Source: Eledone cirrhosa
Taxonomy: Eukaryota
DNA length: 64,000 nt
Direction: 5' to 3'
Assembly: GCA_964016885.1 (NCBI GenBank)
Contig: OZ024743.1
Location: 267,344,001-267,408,000, forward strand
Below the pieces are notes generated by a model. The model had not been told where the DNA came from. It made no database searches and saw only the letters and a list, made by a program, of their open reading frames with translations. The position numbers were made by a program, and so were the translations under genes. Of this stretch, positions 56,033-64,000 are shown one piece after another; within the stretch, counting starts at the first letter, position 1, and every line of letters starts with the position of its first letter.

Positions 56033-56360
56033 CGAGTATCGGTAGAGCGTCAGTTATCATTCGTTGCAGCATACAGTAATGGCCCTTTACGTTCTGAGTT
56101 CAAATCCCGATCGGGTTAGCTTACGGGGTCGATAAAATAAAGCACCAGTAATGCATTGGGGTCGATTTATTCAGCTTTCACCTCCCCCCAAATTGTTGGC
56201 CTTTTGCCTATAGTAGAAATCAACATTATTATTGTTATTAGTCTAAGTTCAAATCCCGCCGAAGTTAATTTTGCCTTTCATCCTTACGGGGTCGATAAAA
56301 TAAAGTTCCAGTAATACACTGTGATAATTGCTGGCCTTGTGCCAAAAGTATAAACAATTA
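55361..56360 (+). mobile_element. Head-to-tail cluster of about five SINE copies
   Basis: Repeated GTTCAAATCCC..GCCTTTCATCC..GGGGTCGATAAAATAAAGTACCAG cores. Confidence 0.85.
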
Positions 56361-56858
56361 TTATTATTAGTAGTAGTAGTAGTGTGGCTATGGTCGTGTA
56401 CATGAAAAATAACAAAGCGAATATATACCTTAAAGGAACACACTAATGTAAATTTGAAAATGTTACGAAAATGTATGCTTGATATGAAATAGACATATTC
56501 ATATATATGTACATACTTATATATGTATGTAAGTAGATCTAAAATCAATCCATACACGCGCTTCTATACACACACATGTATGCGTACGTATGTATGTATA
56601 TATTTATGTATGTAAGTATGTATGTATAATATATATATATATATTTATATATACATTTTATCATATTTTTATATTTAATAAATTCACCTTTTGCAGTAAA
56701 AAATGGAAGGCAAGCTGTTTGGAGAATTACAATCTTGATTTTTTATCTTGACCTAGAGCGAGGAGTCAACATGGCTCCCAGTAAGGAAGCAGTTGTATGT
56801 AGTCACACACACAGATACGCACACACATACATACATATATATATATATGTATATGTGA

Positions 56859-56889
<31 letters not shown>

Positions 56890-57759
56890 CGTGTGTGTGT
56901 GTAAATACATTCGATCTACTTATCTGAAAGCTAAAGAAAATTTTGCTGTCGTTAATACTTGACATGCATAATAAACTGAATATTCCCTGGGCTGTTTTAA
57001 ACAACTCACACATTTTCACATCTTATAATATGCATTTAAACTTATGCAGCTATATGTATACTGACGCACAGTAATTCATATACACTACATTATATACTTC
57101 CAAACATACACTTAATCATACAGACACACATACAATCACATACTTCCACTCCACCCACCATATATATAGTGAGAAAGACGCTCATATATAAGAATGTGTC
57201 TGTACAAAATGGTTGACACGCTACAGTTTAATATATTTGTAAAAAAATATTTTTGCATATACAAATATTCATGAGGTAGATTTACATGTGCAGTTTATGT
57301 TTGAAAATATCTCAGATATATTCTGTGCATCGCTTATAATTCTGTCGTCGCTTATAAGTCTGTCGTCCTCGCTTGTAGAATCCTAGGCGTTTCGTTGTTT
57401 TGGTTCCTATTGAAACTTTTGTTACTCATGATGGTGGTGATGATGATGATGATGATGATGATGACATTGGCGTTGTTGTTTATGATGGTATTGTTGACAT
57501 TTTGTCTTTGATTTGTTTTTGTTGTTTTTGAAAGTGTTGTTATTAATTGTTATTGTTGTTGTTGCTGTTGCTGCAGGTGGTGCTGGTGTTGTTTTTTTTT
57601 TATATTTAGCCCTCAGTAAACAATCCTTGTGTCAACATTTAAACAAGTATTTCAAAGTTTATATTACCTACCTTATTTCGGTATTTCATATCTAAGACTA
57701 CATTATGTAATGTGGCTACACATTTCAAATTGGTGTGTTGTTCTTATTTAAATGATATC

Positions 57760-58090
57760 AGGGCGGCGGATTGGGTGAATCGGTAGAGCATCAGACAACA
57801 TGCTTAGCAACATAGAATTATGGTGCTTTACGTTCTAGTTAAAATCCTGCTACGGTTAGCTTTATTTTTCATTCCTACGATGTCTATAAAATATAGCACC
57901 AATAATGAACTTGCGGCCTTGTGCCTAAATTAGAAACCAGTATTTAAATGATATTTCAGGGCATCATTTTGGCAGAACCTGATTACATTCTGATTTCAAA
58001 TCCCCACCAAGGCAACTTTGCCTGTCAACCTTCCGAGGCCGATACATTAAAGTACCCTTTAAGTGCGTTTGTCAATTTAATCGATTGACC
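57760..58090 (+). mobile_element. Two diverged SINE copies
   Basis: Decayed versions of the same head, core and tail. Confidence 0.65.
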
Positions 58091-58409
58091 CCTTCCACGT
58101 TTAGCATTTAAACAGGCCGTGACCTGAAAGAATTCTCTTGCTTCTTTCTGTTCAAAGTGGCTGTAACCAGCTGCTCATACTGATGTGAAGTTATTGTTTT
58201 CAAAATAAATAACATCGAAATCTCACAGATTCGATATTATGTGAGATAATTATGTGAGGTTAAGATATTAATATTAAAATATAATAGTAAAAACAGTAAT
58301 GTAGATGCTAAAGAATTAACATAGGATTCAGCATTTAAGGATATTTCGCTTCTGTATCTATGTAGATATAACCTCAATGATTCGCTTGTGTGTACTTTAT
58401 GTTTATGTT

Positions 58410-58566
58410 TTGGACGCAACATGACCGAACGGTTAAGACGTTTACTTCGCATGCATTAGGTCTAGGTTTCGATCCTGTTACGTGGATAATTGGACAAATC
58501 CCGTTTATCATACATGCTGAATCAACCCGAGGCGTATGAGCGAATTTATCTAGACGGATACTGCGT
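58410..58566 (+). mobile_element. Diverged tRNA-derived SINE of a second (CORE-like) family
   Basis: A-box-like TGACCGAACGGTTAAG, B-box-like GGTTTCGATCC, tail GAATTTATCTAGACGGATACTG. Confidence 0.5.
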
Positions 58567-59278
58567 CAATAGGTTCGCATGAACTATAAGTAATTCAAAG
58601 AGCCAACTTTGTCGCATACACTGTGGATCTCCCTGAAATGTTTTTTACAAGTATTGTGGGTACTTGTGAGTGTGGAAGGCTCAACTTCTTATTCCTTTCC
58701 TCGACCAACTGGAGCTTTCATTATTGAAACCGGGGATATAGTCAAAATGCTTTATGTTGCAGTGCAGTTTGTGTACTGGTTCTATATTTGCTTTCTTTAG
58801 TGGCGAGATATATATAAATTTTACACGTATATAAAAATGCTGTATGTTTATCAATATAATATCAAGTGTTTATTCTGCGGACGGCTGTGTCAGTAATTCT
58901 CTAGTTGAAGTATAATCTAGTAGAGTTACGATCTTTTATTATGTCAATATTGCCTGCAATACACTGGTATCTACCTAATAGTTGGAACCTCTTTTTATAA
59001 AGAAGCCTTTCTATGCCACTTAAACATACATTTGTTTGCTGCTTTGCAGGAAAGGAAATCAGCATGCCCCTTTGTTACCAGGGCTACCGAGACCTGTGTG
59101 AAGAAAGGAGGAAGTTATCTTGCAATACCAGACCATGGATGAATGCAGGCAAGAGGTTGAATGCCGCTAGAGACTCGCAGTACACGTGCTGCTATTAAAA
59201 CAGGCGAAAAATTAAGTATACATTATAAAGTACTCAGAATGTACATTGCCTGAACAAATATCAAAAGGTTACACCTAT

Positions 59279-59540
59279 CTTCTTCTCCCTCTTATTCCTG
59301 TAAGGGGCATGGGGGAACAGTCGTCAGACACTCTTTCAAAGAGGCTCTGTCTGAAGCAAACATTTCCAACTAATCCAAACGAGACCAGCCAAGTTCATGG
59401 ATGTTATCCAACATTCATGCTCGAGGTCTACCCCTGGGTCTGCTGCCGGTTGATTTTGCACGTAAAACCCGTCTAGCGATATTTTCCTCAAACATTCTAT
59501 CCACATGCCCATAGAATTGGAGCTGTGATATCTCAATTCA
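59279..59540 (-). mobile_element. RTE LINE 3' fragment
   Basis: Minus strand GHVDRM.EENIARRVL.AK.TGSRPRGRPR..LDNI. Confidence 0.75.
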
Positions 59541-61807
59541 GAGTCCATCCCACGCCACTCTGGAGAGGTCGCAGGCTCATCGGCAGTTTTTACAGCATCA
59601 AATGGAGACTACAATATACATTTTTGAATACCTCCCACCTACGTAAGACCTGAACGCGTATATTATTAACACGGGCGATGGACGATGCGATATAATTATT
59701 TCTCTTACATCTCACCTTATTACTGTTATGGTGGTCTTATTCGCACCAGTCACCAATCTGATACTTTGTTAAACCCTAGAAGTCGAGGCAATGTTATAAG
59801 CAGCTTTTACTCGCCTTGTCATTTCTTATTTCATTTGTTTCCTTTTTATTCGTAGATCAGGCCAGTGTTAGATGACTTCATATCAGATAAGATGATTATA
59901 CCATATGTCAATCGGTTATTGTGTATAATAACCGATTCTTTTGGTTTCTATTTCAATACGTTGGTGAATAATTTGATTAAACGTTTTCCTACCATATTCT
60001 GCATCAAACTCTCAGATGCCCACATCATTTGCCTTGGGCACAAATCCCAGTACCGCTACCCATAATGCAGAGGAGCGGAAGATAAGACAAATATCAGGTT
60101 TTGACAAACCGTTGTCTTTTTATCCCGTCAATAATTTCGCTATCTTGGGTGCATCTAAGATGGAGTGCACAGTCAAGTGTGTACAGGCTGTCGCAACTTT
60201 CGTTTGTTTTTTTATCATCCTCCCCTGCGTTTGTTTTTATCTAGCTTATTAATTATTTTTTCTAATTTCATTATTGCATGCATTTCTATGCTAATAAATA
60301 GCTCTATCCTTGGTGCTCGTGTAAACTGATAGATTTCTACCACGTTCCAGATTAGAAACCTTTTTATAACGAGAATCAAATATCAAATCCATAAATAATC
60401 TCGGGTCGCATAACTTCCGAGAAAAATAATATATCTTTAATGTGGCAAATTAGTTGGTATTCAACTTAAATCTAATCACCGTTTTGGTCTTAAGGTTTTT
60501 TTTTTCTAACATGTTTTTTTTTTTTAAACATGGGTTTTCTTAGATTTCGTCAGCGGGTGGTTTTAAAATTGAAAGAGAGGGTACGATGTTTTGTGTGTTT
60601 GGTGTAAATCGTATATAACGCTTACACTCCCCACAATGTATATGACATTGTACCTTTGTTATATATCAATATAATATTAAGCTACTGCACATTCTACGCT
60701 ATTGTAAACATTCGTGAACAATTGATGAGCCTCGGGCTAGAATTGATTAGAAGAAAATAATATAAGTTTGAACTAAAATATATATATATCCAAAACATAT
60801 ATACAGCATATATACTCCCATTCGCAATCAGACACATGCGTGAATTTCCAGACGGTAGGGAAAAGCAGGATTGGTATTGTTTATTCTTTTCTATGGAACT
60901 GACGCTTTTCTATGTTGCTATTCCATGTCTCTCGTTTCCATATTTTAGAGTTTCCCCATGAGAGAACTCCCTACATTAAGTGAACAACTATTATTCCTCG
61001 TCACTACTCTATTGAACCAAATAAGAATTGTTATTATTGTTGTTGTTGTGCTTGTTGCTGCTCTGATTTAACACCAGGTCTGCCTTGATTTAACAAATAT
61101 TTGCCTGTCGTGTCTAATCCTTTTTTAACGAGAGTTGTGTGTTATTTCTGGGAAATATTGCTATTATTTCTTTCAGGTTGAACGAGTCCATGGTGGTTCC
61201 CAACGTTTCCAAACTGTTGCAACTGGAGCTCCAATACACATGTGATTGTTAATATTTGTGTATTTGATAGTATGTCAAGCAATTAATTTGCTAGAAAAAG
61301 TAGACAGAACTTACTCAATACACGCCGTAAGATCTTTACAGAAAAGCCAGTGACTTTTAAAGTATAGAGTCGATAAAATGTAGTACCTGTAACGCACTGG
61401 TGTCAATCGAATTTCCCCGTCCCTTCTAATTGCTGGCTTTGTGCCAAAAGTAGAAACAATTATTATAGGTACCACTAGTGTTATAAACAACATTGTTAGT
61501 ATAAAGAGTGTTAGTATCATAACCATCGTCATAATTTTTACAACATCATTTTTATTACAACCCCCATCTTAACTTACCTATCATAAAAATAAAAATAAAA
61601 ACATTGTGGCAGAAAACAAAATGGTGTGGAGGCTCTACCACTACAGTGATAACTTAACGACCATATGTAATTAGTTACGTTACCAACAATATCATTATCA
61701 CTGTAATCCCACACCGTCACCGCCCCACGACGTGCCAGTGTTGATCGTTAGTCTGGTAACGGTACTAAGTAATTGTGGTCCCAATCTACTATATAACCTT
61801 ACGATGA

Positions 61808-62292
61808 ATTGGCAGTATCGGTAGAGGGTTGGACGCCATGTTTTCCAGCATAGTTACGTCCCTTTACAGTCTGAGTTCAAATCCCGCCGAGGTTAACTTT
61901 GATTTCATCCCTACGGGGTCGATAAAATAAAGTACCAGTAAGGTAATGGGTAATTGCTGCCCTTGTGCCTAAAATAGAAACAATTATTTTACCAATCGCT
62001 GTATTCCTCTACCCCTTATTAGACCAAGTCTGTATTAATCTACCCCTAAATTAAATTTCTACTACTACTATTCTATCAACTTGACCACTTACTACTTTTC
62101 TATTGGTCAATTCAAAACCTGTTCCCAAACAGACCTATTATATTAAATCTTTGTTGTTGTTTTTCAATAAACAAATATCATTATTTCTGTGCCGAGGTTA
62201 ACTTTGCCTTTCATCCTTACGGGGTCGATAAAATAAAGTACTAGTAAGGTACTGGGTAATTGTTGGCCTTGTGCCTAAAATAGAAACAATTA
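61808..62292 (+). mobile_element. Full SINE copy (~61808-61986) and partial copy (~62191-62292)
   Basis: Same head, core and tail as the 14-kb SINEs. Confidence 0.8.
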
Positions 62293-62859
62293 TATCCTTA
62301 ACTAGCTAACGAGGGAGCTTGAAATGAATTTGCAGCCAAATCAATTATAAATTACACTCTATCATCTCATACATTTCGTTACCATATTTATTTTGCAATA
62401 ATTTTGAAATAACTCAAGAATTTGGTGGGATTTTGTGATATGATTAACTTTCTCATGCATGATTAAGCTGTCTTCAAGCATAAATTACCAATGATTCTTA
62501 CATAAACTTATCATACAACGTCTTTAAATAGACACTTTCATTATCATATTTCTAATGAAAGCCAGCACCAACAATTTTCAAATGATTTTGAAAGTACTCG
62601 AGAATTTGGAAAATTGAGTAACATGACTAACTTTGTCAGTATTAAGCTGAAGTTTGGAGCATAACTTAACAAAGCGTCTGAAATAAAATTACGATAAAAG
62701 CTTTTACTTTTAGAAAAATATAAACACATTCAAGTAAACACCTTTGTTTCTTAGATCGAAGACCAGTTTCAGGCAGTTTGATATCAATGAAATATAGGGT
62801 CATATTGGATAATGTATGTTTGGATATAATTGTATCTGAAATAAAATTGGGAAGCCAAG

Positions 62860-64000
62860 ACAAGGAACATCAAAAACCACAACCACAACAACATTAACAA
62901 GGCAGAACAGCAACAATGTCAAAAAAAGCTGAAGCAGCATCACCAATAACGACAGCAACAACAACAGCAGCAGTAACAACAACAATAATCTAACTCCACC
63001 TGTATGTAAGCACACAAGACTCTCTAACTGTTCACCACCACATTTTCCCCACCACCATCTCCATGTGCTTAACTCCTTTGTTTCTTTCTTTTTTTTCTTT
63101 ATACTTTTGTTTTCGTTTTCTATATTTCTTTCTTCTTTCTTCTTTTTTTCATTCCTTCCACCAACCCTACTGAAATCACCATGATCAAATAATACGCTCT
63201 GCTCAAGCCTAGTCACCAGAATCACCACCACCCCAACCCCACCATCAATCCCCTCCACCACTTTCTACCTTCATCGCCGCCACCAACTCCTTTAGCACTA
63301 TTTAAAAGAACAATAGTACCCCCAATGTCACCAATACAGAAATAGACAATGCTGCCGACAAACCGACCACATCCACGAGTATCATCACAACAATGCTATC
63401 ACAAACAATACCAATTCCACTATCAACAACACTGCTGCTATCAACATCGTCACGATCATCGAAACAACAACCACCATCACCAGAACCAACCTCACCACCA
63501 CTTACAAAATTTGAAATACTATTTCAATCATCACCACACCAAAACCACCACCATCATCAACACCACAACCAAGTATAATATTACAAATACGAATACTACC
63601 ACCACCATCAGTATTTAAAATAAGATGACAACAAATGGTACAATACCTCTGTTGAGAACAATAATAATGTTACCAGCTCACACACCACCCACAATCACCA
63701 CCAATACTACTTCCACAAACGTCACACCACTACAAAAACCTACGTCACCAGCACGAAAAGCATTTCTAATAGTCCTACAACTATCGTCACACCAGAACTG
63801 CCACCACCACCAACACCAATTCTAAAACTAAGAAAAATACAATGCTAATACAATTTACAACACTACGACTATCACTACTCGCATGACCAACTTCACCATC
63901 ACTACCACGACAATGATCAAATCAGTACATCCACCATCCTCATTGCCACCACCGCTGCCACATCAACACCATTGCCTCTACTCCCAACACCAACACCAAT
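62860..64000. repeat. Low-complexity CAC/CAA-rich region
   Basis: Degenerate trinucleotide repeats. Confidence 0.8.

Overview
AT-rich, microsatellite-dense eukaryotic DNA, most likely from an octopod cephalopod (inferred from octopus-type tRNA-derived SINEs and RTE 3' tails). No host gene can be called with confidence; the window is mostly nested mobile elements. The key region is 16.9-42.5 kb, a cluster of Penelope-like element (PLE) and hammerhead ribozyme (HHR) sequences inserted in (AT)n tracts. (i) A near-perfect 7.3-kb head-to-head palindrome of two uninterrupted RT+GIY-YIG ORFs, each followed by a pseudo-LTR with a type I HHR, joined by a 46-bp spacer of reiterated 11-16-nt template copies. 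(ii) Immediately downstream, a non-coding array of eight 460-510-bp units, each with a different type I HHR on the minus strand (retrozyme-like). (iii) A fold-back copy of that unit next to a scrap of the PLE pseudo-LTR end. (iv) A second, frameshifted Neptune-like PLE with an inverted terminal repeat. (v) Further small fold-backs with HHR remnants. Elsewhere: a near-full-length decayed R4/Dong-clade retrotransposon inside (CATA)n, RTE LINE fragments (one with a PHD-like finger), a Helitron helicase remnant, a MITE, many SINEs and minisatellites. All calls were made by eye without database searches; boundaries of decayed elements are approximate.
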